A program made the position numbers and the translations under genes. Below the pieces are notes generated by a model that was not told where the DNA came from, did not search any database, and saw only the letters and a list, made by a program, of their open reading frames with translations. This document shows positions 23,020 to 34,500 of a stretch of 64,000 bases of DNA, piece by piece. Within the stretch, counting starts at the first letter, position 1. The number at the start of each line of letters is the position of its first letter. The DNA is from Amphiscolops sp. MND2022. Its lineage: Eukaryota. The stretch is taken from positions 50,096,001-50,160,000 of the forward strand of contig OZ076421.1 in the NCBI GenBank assembly GCA_964187785.1, read 5' to 3'.

Positions 23020-23048
23020 CAAAAAGTGTAGGGTTATGCGTCGTAATG
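23020..23048 (-). repeat. Right terminal inverted repeat
   Basis: caaaaagtgtagggttatgcgtcgtaatg is the reverse complement of the left TIR with one mismatch. Confidence 0.95.
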
Positions 23049-26000
23049 AAAGGTGTATGAAAAAGTTGTATATAAGTAATATTCTGATTGACAACATAAA
23101 ATTGGTGGTCATGCATAAAAAACTGAGCCACCAAAACATCCTAATGAGTTTCATGTTTAATTATGGCGGCCGTTTCCGTAGCTATCTTAACAGTTTCCAG
23201 TCTAATTTCGCTGAACCAAATTCGGTTTAGTTTCTGAACCCGGTAATGGTAAAAACAGAAAGTACTAGTCTTTCAAATGGAAGTTTTCTAATCGAAAGCT
23301 AAGTACTGTTCTGAAATCGCCTGTAAAGCAACCACTCCTGGTGTCCTCCTAGTTGTTTTTTCCTTCATCGTGTGCTGGTGATTCACCGATTTTGAGCTCG
23401 ATCTGGGCCAATTTAGCTACTGTAGGAGCCACCGACAGGGTTCAAGGTAAAGATACCATAGCTTCAGAAGCAAAGATTTTTCTAAGATTTTTTCCAGGAT
23501 AGAAAATTGAGAAAGCTAAGCGGGGATTTTTTCTGAGATAGAAAATGAATGAATTGACAAATAACTAAGATAAAGACTTAGTGTGGCTTTTACGTGAAAA
23601 TGAGAATGAATGAAGATTCTGCCCAAAAAGTGAAAATTGTTATTTCCAAAAAACTTGTCAACAAAAAGGCACATCAGTGGAGAATAAATTATGTACATAT
23701 GTATAAATAACCAGTAAAAATTTGACATTTCAGTCAAGGATTGGCATTATTTGTACCATAAATTACAATAAAATATTGCATGGTTATGTCATGCTAATAA
23801 ACATATTCACAAAATGTACAATTCACCGACAGAATTTGAGTGAAGATTAAATGGATGTTAATATGGGGCGGCATAATATTAAAGGTGTATGAAAAAGTTG
23901 TATATAAGTAATATTCTGATTGACAACATAAAATTGGTGGTCATGCATAAAAAACTGAGCCACCAAAACATCCTAATGAGTTTCATCTTTGATTATGGCG
24001 GCCGTTTCCGTAGCTATCTTAACAGTTTCCAGTCTAATTTGGCTGAACCAAATTCGGTTTAGTTTCTGAACCCGGTAATGGTAAAAACAGAAAAGAATAG
24101 TCTTTCAAATGGAAGTTTTCGAATCAAAAGCTAAGTACTGTTCTGAAATCGCCTGTAAAGCAACCACTCCTGGTGTCCTCCTAGTTGTTTTTTTCTTCAT
24201 CGTGTGCTGGTGATTCACCGATTTTGAGCTCAATCTGGGCCAATTTAGCCACTGTATGAGCCACCGAATGGTTCATGGTAAAGATACAATAGCTTCAAAA
24301 GCAAAGATTTTTCTAAGATTTTTTCCAGGATAGAAAATTCAAAGCTAAGCGGGATTTTTTCCGAGATAGAAAATGAATGAATTGACAAATAACTAATATA
24401 AAAGACTTGACGTGGCTTTTACGTGAAAATGAGAATGAATGATTGAAGATTTTGCCCAAAAAGTGAAAATTGTTATTTACAAAAAACTTGTCAACAAGAA
24501 GGCACATCAGTGGAGAATAAATTATGTACATATGTATGAATAACTAGTGAAAATTTGACATTTCAGTCAATGATTGGCATTATTTGTACAATTAATTACA
24601 ATAAAATATTGCATGGTTATGTCATGCTAATGAACATATTCACAAAATGTACAATTCACCGACAGAATTTGAGTGAAGATTAAATGGATGTTAATATGGG
24701 GCGGTATAAGATTAAAGGTGTATGAAAAAGTTGTATATGAATAAAATTCTGATTGACAACATAAAATTGGTGGTCATGCATAAAAAACTGAGCCACCAAA
24801 ACATCCTAATGAGTTTCATCTTTGATTATGGCGGCCCTTTCCGTAGCTATCTTCACAGTTTCCAGTCTAATTTCGCTGAACCAAATTCGGTTTGATTCCT
24901 GAACCCGGTAATGGTAAAAACAAAAAGTACTGGTCTTTCAAATGGAAGTTTTCTAATCGAAAGCTCAGTACTGTTCTGAAATTTCCTGTAAAGCAACCTT
25001 TCCTGGTCTCCTCCTAGTTGTTTGTTTCTTTATCGTGTGCTGGCGATTGACCAGTTTTGAGCTCGATCTGGGCCAAATTAGCCACTGTAGGAGCCACCGA
25101 CATGGTTCATGGTAAAGATACCATAGGTTCAAAAGCGAAGATTTTTTTAAGATTTTTTCCAGGATAGAAAATTGAAAGCTAAGCGGGGATTTTTTTTGAG
25201 ATAGAAAATGAATGAATTGACAAATAACTAATATAAAAGACTTGGCGTGACTTTTACGTGAAAATGAGAATGAATGATTGAAGATTTGGCCCAAAAAGTG
25301 AAAATTGTTATTTACAAAAAACTTGTCAACAAAAAGGCACATCAGTGAAGAATAAATTATGTACATATGTATAAACAACCAGTAAAAATTTGACATTTCA
25401 GTCAATGGTTGGCATTATTTGTACCAATATTTACAATAAAATATCGCATGGTTATGTCATGCTAATAAACATATTCACAAAATGTACAATTCACCGACAG
25501 AATTTCAGTGAAGATTAAATGGATGTTAATATGGGGCGGTATAAGATTAAAGGTGTATGAAAAAGTTGTATATGAATAAAATTCTGATTGACAACATAAA
25601 ATTGGTGGTCATGCATAAAAAACTGACCCACCAAAACATCCTAATGAGTTTCATCTTTGATTATGGCGGCCCTTTCCGTAGCTATCTTCACAGTTTCCAG
25701 TCTAATTTCGCTGAACCAAATTCGGTTTGATTCCTGAGCCCGGTAATGGTAAAAACAAAAAGTACTGGTCTTTCAAATGGAAGTTTTCTAATCGAAAGCT
25801 CAGTACTGTTCTGAAATCTCCTGTAAAGCAACCTTTCCTGGTGTCCTCCTAGTTGTTTGTTTCTTTATCGTGTGCTGGCGATTCACCGGTTTTGAGCTCG
25901 ATCTGGGCCAAATTAGCCACTGTAGGAGCCACCGACATGGTTCATGGTAAAGATACCATAGGTTCAAAAGCGAAGATTTTTCTAAGATTTGTTGCAGGAT

Positions 26001-27262
26001 AGAAAATTGAGAAAGCTAAGCGGGGATTTTTTCTGAGATAGAAAATGAATGAATTGACAAAAAACTAATATAAAAGACTTGGCGTGGCTTTGACGTGAAA
26101 ATGAGAATGAATGATTGAAGATTTTGCCCAAAAAGTGAAAATTGTTATTTACAAAAAACTTAACAAAAAGGCACATCAGTGAAGAATAAATTATGTACAT
26201 ATGTATAAATAACCAGTAAAAATGTGACATTTCAGTCAATGGTTGGCATTATTTGTACCATTAATTACAATAAAATATTGCATGGTTATGTCATGCTAAT
26301 AAACATATTCACAAAATGTACAATTCACCGACAGAATTTCAGTGAAGATTAAATGGATGTTAATATGGGGCGGTATAAGATTAAAGGTGTATGAAAAAGT
26401 TGTATATGAATAAAATTCTGATTGACAACATACAATTGGTGGTCATGCATAAAAAACTGAGCCACCAAAACATCCTAATGAGTTTCATCTTTGATTATGG
26501 CGGCCCTTTCCGTAGCTATCTTCACAGTTTCCAGTCTAATTTCGCTGAACCAAATTCGGTTTGATTCCTGAACCCGGTAATGGTAAAAACAAAACGTACT
26601 GGTCTTTCAAATGGAAGTTTTCTAATCAAAAGCTCAGTACTGTTCTGAAATCTCCTGTAAAGCAACCTTTCCTGGTGTCCTCCTAGTTGTTTGGTTCTTC
26701 ATCGTGTGCTGGCGATTCATCGGTTTTGAGCTCGATCTGGGCCAAATTAGCCACTGTAGGAGCCACCGACATGGTTCATGGCAAAGATACCAAAGCTTCA
26801 AAAGCAAAGACTTTTCTAAAAACTTTTCTAGGAAAGAAAATTGAGAAAGCTAAGCGGGGAATTTTTCTGAGATAGAAAATGAATGAATTGACAAATAACT
26901 AATACAAAAGACTTGGCGTGGCTTTTACGTGATAGTGAGAATGAATGATTGAAGATTTTGCCCAAAAAGTGAAATTTGTTATTTACAAAAAACTTGTCAA
27001 CAAAAAGGCACATCAGTGAAGAATAAATTATGTACATATGTATAAATAACCAGTAAATATTTGACATTTCAGTCAATGATTGGCATTATTTGTACCATTA
27101 ATTACAATAAAATATTGCATGGTTATGTCATGCTAATAAACATATTCACAAAATGTACAACTCACCGACAGAATTTGAGTGAAGATTAAATGGATGTTAA
27201 TATGGGGAGGAAAAAGATTAAAGGTGTATGAAAAAGTTGTATATAAGTAATATTCTGATTCT

Positions 27263-27601
27263 AAGACTGCCCTTCCATCCCCAAAAGCTAAAATCCCTAG
27301 AAAGCTCAAAAGTCACGTAGTCTATCAAATAAAGTGTCCTGGATGCCAATCCAGCTACGTCGGGCAAACCACCCGCCACCTGTCTACGAGGATTAGAGAG
27401 CACTCGAGGAAATCTAGTAATGTGGGAGAACACCTGTTTCACTGTGGGGTGGCACTGACAGAAGATAATGTGAAGAAAATAGACAGCAGCAGCAGCTACA
27501 GCAAACTTTTGACCTTAGAGGCCCTTCACATATCAAAAGAGAAGCCTAAAATCAACACGAAGGAAGAATACAGATCACGCGAACTTACCTTGAGGGTCTA
27601 A
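27263..27601 (+). CDS. GIY-YIG endonuclease C-terminal fragment of a Penelope-like element (not in the ORF track; no start codon)
   Basis: KTALPSPKAKIPRKLKSHVVYQIKCPGCQSSYVGQTTRHLSTRIREH...GEHL...LLTLEALHISKEKPKINTKEE...* (113 codons, open). Confidence 0.9.
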   Translation, partial: KTALPSPKAKIPRKLKSHVVYQIKCPGCQSSYVGQTTRHLSTRIREHSRKSSNVGEHLFHCGVALTEDNVKKIDSSSSYSKLLTLEALHISKEKPKINTKEEYRSRELTLRV

Positions 27602-27698
27602 TAAACATCTTCTTTGTCGCAATTTAGTTGCCTAGATAAATGATAACTGTATAGTCTTTCCGTTGATTTTGAATGATTGTTTTAGAATATTTTAAGAT

Positions 27699-27729
27699 CT
27701 GATGATGACACATTGTGTCGAAAACGTTC
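27699..27729 (+). ncRNA. Minimal hammerhead-ribozyme-like motif in the Penelope 3' end
   Basis: CTGATGA-t-GACAC att GTGTC-GAAA-ACGT-TC: core boxes, a 5-bp stem II, a palindromic AACGTT stem III and a UUC cleavage triplet. Stem I is weak and there is one extra U after the CUGAUGA box. Confidence 0.5.
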
Positions 27730-28538
27730 ATTGATAATAAAAAGTTTTCAACATTCTGATTGACAACATAAAATTGGTGGTCATGCATAAAAAACTGAGC
27801 CACCAAAACATCCTAATGAGTTTTATCTTTGATTATGGCGGCCCTTTCCGTAGCTATCTTAACAGTTTCCAGTCTAATTTCGCTGACCCAAATTCGGTTT
27901 AGTTCCTGAACCCGGTAATGGTAAAAACAGAAAGAACTAATCTTTCAAATGGAAGTTTTCTAATCAAAAGCTCCGTAATGTTCTGAAAACAGTTATGACC
28001 AAAAAACGCAAAATAGACATAAACAACGCAACAACACGCGAAAATGGTAAAGTCACTACTTGAGCAGCCTGATGTCTTCAAAAACCTCGTTTTACTGCTA
28101 AAATCTACACTACACATTCTGGGGTACATAATGAGTGACAAAAATGAGTAAAATTTTGTTGAAATCAATTTTCACTGTGATCCCAGGCTTCCTCTGGTAC
28201 CAGTCATAATCGTGTTTTCGAGTAACATGTGCCGCACTGGTTGCCTCTTCAAAAGGGGGCGGTTGATGAGTAGGTTGTAGTGGAAAGAATGACGTGCGTC
28301 GATTGGGGACAAAAAATAATTTTATGAAAAAATTGAAGGAAAAAATTTTTCCACGAATAGTAACTATGGACTTCTCAATGTTAAGTGAAAGAGTACCAAA
28401 CCGGGTGCTGGACTGACTTCGCAGCTTCTAATACAGTTCTTCTAGCGTTCCTTCAAGTAAAATAGGGTGGTATTACTTGTCTTTTTGCGAGTACATTACC
28501 ATCTCCCCAAAGGGAGATAGAATGTACTCAACTGTTCC

Positions 28539-31500
28539 GTACTTTCGGATGGATAAGACGGTGTCAAAACTTATCAAAATGGGTCAAAAGACCTTGAATG
28601 GTATTACTACACTACACAGCTGGAATTAAACCGCTTTGGGATTAATTAAACGTATTCCGATGAGTTTTGGATGAGACTTAGCTTTCATTTTCAGTTTTTG
28701 AAATTTTTCTCACAGCAAGCACACTCTTTCTCTTCGAACTGCGGAATCAAAATAAAAATATTTCCCAAACTTTGGACAAATATCTTCGTGAACGTGGAGA
28801 TGAGTACTGGCTGTTCAGAGACCAGAAAAAAACACAGATAGCAAACCTGGATACCCCAATTTTTGATACTGATTTTGCTTCTTTTGTTGCATTTGATGCT
28901 TTTGTTGCTTTTAACAATTGTTGCTTATGAATCACAAACAAAAAAAACAAGATAGGTGTTGCCGACTGGAGGCAACTTTGTTAATAATAATTAATTTTCC
29001 CATTATGGTTGGTCGTAAACCTTGACCATTTGAATGCTGATGGCATAGTGGTTAAATACCTAAGCTATGAGGTTCGAGAACAGGGTTCGAACCCCGTCGG
29101 GACCCGACCTTTTCCCCTTTTTCCGACTCCCCCCCCCCAATTTACCGTGACCCTAAACGACCACAAACGAACGTACCTGCCTGTCAATCATTTGTTTGTC
29201 CTTTGTGTTATTGTTTGTGAACAAGTTCAACTGTATATGTAACATGTCAATTACATAATTGTCTAATTTTGATAAACATACTGAAACATTATATAATTCT
29301 TTCTGTGTTGTGAACGCTTTGGTATCACTGATGTTAAGCTGAACGCTATAGAAGCTTATCAATAGACATTACCTTTATCTACCTTTCTCCGAAACGACGA
29401 CCACCAGACATTGAGTTGAAGTGAGCCACAATAGGATTTGTTGCATAATTCGATGTATTTGTTGCTTTTCAGAAGTATGAAATTTTCTTTCTATTCCGAT
29501 TTCTGTTTCTACATTTGAAATCAGATTTGTTGAGTGATTTATTACTATCTTGTTTGTTGTGTGTGATTCTTTTAGTATCACATTTGAAGTAATTTTTGTC
29601 AGTGATTTGTTTCTATACATTTGTTTTTTGTGTGTGAGTTTTTATTATCACATTTGAAGTGATTTCAGTCATTGAATTAATACCATGATTTTCATTGTTT
29701 GAATTATCACATTTGAAGTAAATTTTTGTCCTGCTGGGAGTTTTTTCCACTAGACTCCTTCGGTGGTGGTCTTAGGAAACAGACTCGAAGCAGGGCATTT
29801 TCAAAACCCAATTTTGCAATATTTGAGTTTTCACAAAAAAAAACAATTTTTTTGAGGAAAAAAAAGCCCGTTTCGTACTTTCGGATGGATAAGACGGTGT
29901 CAAAACTTATCAAAATGGGTCAAAAGACCTTGAAGGGTATTACTGCACTACACAGTTGGCATTATACCGCTTTGGGATGGATTGAACGTATTCCGATGAG
30001 TTTTGGATGACTCTTAGCTTCCATTTCTAGTTTTTGCAATTTTTTCTCACATAGCAAGCTCACTCTTTCTCTTCGAACTGCGGAATCAAAAGAAAATTGT
30101 TTCCCGAACTTTCGACAAACATCTTCGTGAACGTGGAGATGAGTTCTGGCTGTTCAGAGACCAGAAAAAACACAGATAGCAAACCTGGCTACCCCAATTT
30201 TTGATACTGATTTTGCTTCTTTTGTTGCATTTGATGCTTTTAACAATGGTTGCTTATGAATCACAAACAAAAAAAAACAAGATAGGTGTTGCCGACTGAA
30301 GACAACTTTGTTAACATTAATTAATTTTCCCATTATGGTTGGTCGTCAACCTTGACCATGTAAATGCTGATGGCAACGTGGTTAAATACCTGAGCTATGA
30401 GGTTCGAGAACAGGGTTCGAACCCCGTCGGGACCCGACCTTTTTCCCCTTTTTCCGACTTTCCCCCCTTTTTATCGTGACCCTAAACGACCCCAAACGAA
30501 CGTACCTGCCTGTCAATCATTTGTTTGTCCTTTGTTTTATTGTTTGTAAACAAGTTCAACTGTATATGTAACATGTCAATTACATAATTGTCTAATTTTG
30601 ATAAACATACTGAAACATTATATAATTCTTTCTGTGTTGTGACCGCTTTGGTATCACTGATGTTAAGCTGAACGCTATAGAAGCTTATCAATAGACATTA
30701 CTTTTATCTACCTTTCTCCGAAACGACGACCACCAGACATTGAGTTGAAGTGAGCCACAATAGGATTTGTTGCATAATTCGATGTATTTGTTGCTTTTCA
30801 GAAGTATGAAATTATCTCTCTACTCCGATTTCTGTTTCTACATTTGAAATCAGATTTGTTGAGTGATTTATAACTATCTTGTTCGTTGTGTGTGATTCTT
30901 TTAGTATCACATTTGAAGTAATTTTTGTCAGTGATTTGTTTCTATACATTTGTTTCTTGTGTGTGAGTTCTTTATTATCACATTTGAAGTGATTCCCGTC
31001 ATTGAATTAATACTATGATATTCATTGTTTGGATTTATTATCACATTTGAAGTAAATTTTTGTCCTGCTGGGAGTTTTTTCCACTAGACTCCTTCGGTGG
31101 TGGTCTTAGGAAACAGACTCGAAGCAGGGCATTTTCAATACCCAAATTTGCAATATTTGAGTTTTCACAAAAAAAAATTTGAGGAAAAAAAAGCTCGTTT
31201 CGTACTTTCGGATGGATAAGACGGTGTCAAAACTTATCAAAGTGGGTCAAAAGACCTTCAAGGGTATTACTGCACTACACAGCTGGCATTATACCGCTTT
31301 GGGATGGATTGAACGTATTCCGATGAGTTTTGGATGACTCTTAGCTTCCATTTCTAGTTTTTGCAATTTTTTCTCACATCGCAAGCTCGCTCTTTCTCTT
31401 CGAACTGCGGAATCAAAAGAAAATTGTTTCCCGAACTTTCGACAAAGATCTTCGTGAACGTGGAGATGAGTTCTGGCTGTTCAGAGACCAGAAAAAAACA

Positions 31501-34500
31501 CAGATAGCAAACCTGGATTCCTCAATTTTTGATACTGATTTTGCTTCTTTTGTTGCATTTGATGCTTTTGTTGCTTTTAACAATTGTTGCTTATGAATCA
31601 CAAACAAAAAAACAAGATAGGTGTTGCCGACTGAAGACAACTTTGTTAACATTAATTAATTTTCCCATTATGGTTGGTCGTCAACCTTGACCATGTAAAT
31701 GCTGATGGCAACGTGGTTAAATACCTGAGCTATGAGGTTCGAGAACAGGGTTCGAACCCCGTCGGGACCCGACCTTTTTCCCCTTTTTCCGACTTTCCCC
31801 CCTTTTTATCGTGACCCTAAACGACCCCAAACGAACGTACCTGCCTGTCAATCATTTGTTTGTCCTTTGTTTTATTGTTTGTAAACAAGTTCAACTGTAT
31901 ATGTAACATGTCAATTACATAAGTGTCTAATTTTGATAAACATACTGAAACATTATATAATTCTATCTGTGTTGTGACCGCTTTGGTATCACTGATTTTA
32001 AGCTGAACGCTATAGAAGCTTATCAATAGACATTACTTTTATCTACCTTTCTCCGAAACGACGACCACCAGACATTGAGTTGAAGTGAGCCACAATAGGA
32101 TTTGTTGCATAATTCGATGTATTTGTTGCTTTTCAAAAGTATGAAATTATCTCTCTACTCCGATTTCTGTTTCTACATTTGAAATCAGATTTGTTGAGTG
32201 ATTTATAACTATCTTGTTCGTTGTGTGTGATTCTTTTAGTATCACATTTGAAGTAATTTTTGTCAGTGATTTGTTTCTATACATTTGTTTCTTGTGTGTG
32301 AGTTCTTTATTATCACATTTGAAGTGATTCCCGTCATTGAATTAATACTATGATATTCATTGTTTGGATTTATTATCACATTTGAAGTAAATTTTTGTCC
32401 TGCTGGGAGTTTTTTCCACTAGACTCCTTCGGTGGTGGTCTTAGGAAACAGACTCGAAGCAGGGCATTTTCAATACCCAAATTTGCAATATTTGAGTTTT
32501 CACAAAAAAAATTTTTTTGAGGAAAAAAAAGCTCGTTTCGTACTTTCGGATGGATAAGACGGTGTCAAAACTTATCAAAGTGGGTCAAAAGACCTTGAAG
32601 GGTATTACTGCACTACACAGCTGGCATTATACCGCTTTGGGATGGATTGAACGTATTCCGATGAGTTTTGGATGACTCTTAGCTTCCATTTCTAGTTTTT
32701 GCAATTTTTTCTCACATCGCAAGCTCGCTCTTTCTCTTCGAACTGCGGAATCAAAAGAAAATTGTTTCCCGAACTTTCGACAAAGATCTTCGTGAACGTG
32801 GAGATGAGTTCTGGCTGTTCAGAGACCAGAAAAAAACACAGATAGCAAACCTGGATTCCCCAATTTTTGATACTGATTTTGCTTCTTTTGTTGCATTTGA
32901 TGCTTTTTTTGCTTTTAACAATTGTTGCTTATGAATCACAAACAAAAAAAAACAAGATAGGTGTTGCCGACTGGAGGCAACTTTGTTAATAATAATTAAT
33001 TTTCCCATTATGGTTGGTCGTCAACCTTGACCATTTGAATGCTGATGGCATAGTGGTTAAATACCTAAGCTATGAGGTTCGAAAACAGGGTTCGAACCCC
33101 GTCGGGACCCGACCTTTTCCCCTTTTTCCGACTCCCCCCTCCCCCCCCCCCCAAATTACCGTGACCCTAAACGACCACAAACGAACGTACCTGCCTGTCA
33201 ATCATTTGTTTGTCCTTTGTTTTATTGTTTGTAAACAAGTTCAACTGTATATGTAACATGTCAATTACAAAATTGTCTAATTTTGATAAACATACTGAAA
33301 CATTATATAATTCTTTCTGTGTTGTGACCGCTTTGGTATCACTGATGTTAAGCTGAACGCTATAGAAGCTTATCAATAGACATTACTTTTATCTACCTTT
33401 CTCTGAAACGACGACCACCAGACATTGAGTTGAAGTGAGCCACAAAAAGATTTGTTGCATAATTCGATGCATTTGTTGCTTTTCAGAAGTATGAAATTTT
33501 CTCTCTACTCCGATTTCTGTTTCTACATTTGAAATCAGATTTGTTGAGTGATTTATTACTATCTTGTTCGTTGTGTGTGATTCTTTTAGTATCACATTTG
33601 AAGTAATTTTTGTCAGTGATTTGTTTCTATATATTTGTTTCTTGTGTGTGAGTTCTTTATCATCACATTTGAAGTGATTCCCGTCATTGAATTAATACTA
33701 TGATATTTATTGTTTGGATTTATTATCACATTTGAAGTAAATTTTTGTCCTGCTGGGAGTTTTTTCCACTAGACATCTTCGGTGCTGGTCTTGGGAAACA
33801 GCCTCTAAGTAGGGCATTTTTAATAACCAAATTTGCTATATTTGAGTTTTCACGAGAAAAAAAAACAAATTTTTGAGGAAAAAAGCACGCTTTCAAATGT
33901 ATATTCTCCAACAGCCAGCGCGAAAAACTAAATTTCAACAAAGACATCCTACAAGTAAATTGATTGGTTTTTGGCGTCACCATCGCCCACGAATGCCTTT
34001 ACCCTTACATTCGGAGACCTGATAATTTATATTTCTCTGAATTTTGCCTGACAATAAATTTTTCTTCAAGGAAAATGTTGCTACAAGTCCCCACCGAAAC
34101 GCCAAGTTGGAAAGAAAAAATCCAAGTCGAACCCGTATCGTCCACTGGAAGCTCTTTCCGTTTCGAGGTTTCTGTTTTGCATAGCTATTCAAGGTTGCGA
34201 GACATAGGGAAGATTTGCTCTTTCCAATGACAGATTTCAAATTTTGACTTTTTTATAGTTTCTCAAGTGACGAAGAAACATTGGAAATGGTGAGCTGTGG
34301 GATTAGGTGAGTTGTTTGAAGAAGCATTGGACTGCGGTTAGCCCTATTTCCGCTAGACTCCTTCGGTGGTGGTCTTAGGAAACAGACTCGAAGCAGGGCA
34401 TTTTCAATGCCCAAATTCGCAATATTTGAGTTTTCACAAAAAAAAACAATTTTTTTGAGGAAAAAAAGCTCGTTTCGTACTTTCGGATGGATAAGACGGT

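Larger units (their letters stand above)
11126..23048. mobile_element. 11,923-bp TIR-bounded DNA element (CACTA/EnSpm-CMC-like, apparently non-autonomous) with SET and JmjC cargo
   Basis: 29-bp TIRs with 1 mismatch. A 2-bp TSD (AA at 11124-25 and 23049-50) is proven by the empty site ataatattaaaggtgtatg in neighbouring satellite units. Termini are CATTA...TAATG and there are clustered subterminal palindromes. The superfamily is inferred from end structure only. Confidence 0.9.
27261..27752 (+). mobile_element. 5'-truncated Penelope-like retroelement
   Basis: 492-bp insert flanked by a 9-bp TSD attctgatt (27252-60, 27753-61); neighbouring satellite units give the empty site. Confidence 0.9.
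23049..27988. repeat. ~835-bp H3-like tandem array, right arm
   Basis: Unit marker at ~23146, 23978, 24811, 25647, 26481 and 27818. The array resumes exactly where the left arm was interrupted. Confidence 0.95.

Noticed and set aside
11126-23048. Helitron, Polinton/Maverick or hAT identity for the 11.9-kb element
   Set aside because: TIRs with a 2-bp TSD exclude Helitron (no TSD), Polinton (6-bp TSD, long TIRs, polB/integrase) and hAT (8-bp TSD).
28860-28925. KATKASNATKEAK as a histone H1 or H2B tail
   Set aside because: It is a low-complexity product of a short ttttgttgc repeat, with no adjoining globular-domain similarity.
29034-29105. Functional tRNA-His genes in the 1.34-kb array
   Set aside because: At canonical positions the acceptor, anticodon and outer T stems do not pair; only the promoter boxes are conserved.
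29500-29720. atcacatttgaagt repeats with spacers as a CRISPR-like array
   Set aside because: The context is eukaryotic, the 14-mer is too short, the spacers are related to each other and identical between units, and there are no cas genes.
29880-29990. BED or C2H2 zinc-finger relic (CQLCSAVI...THF...HRLIHP) on the minus strand of the 1.34-kb unit
   Set aside because: It requires a frameshift and two stops in about 35 codons, which is too weak to support without a search.
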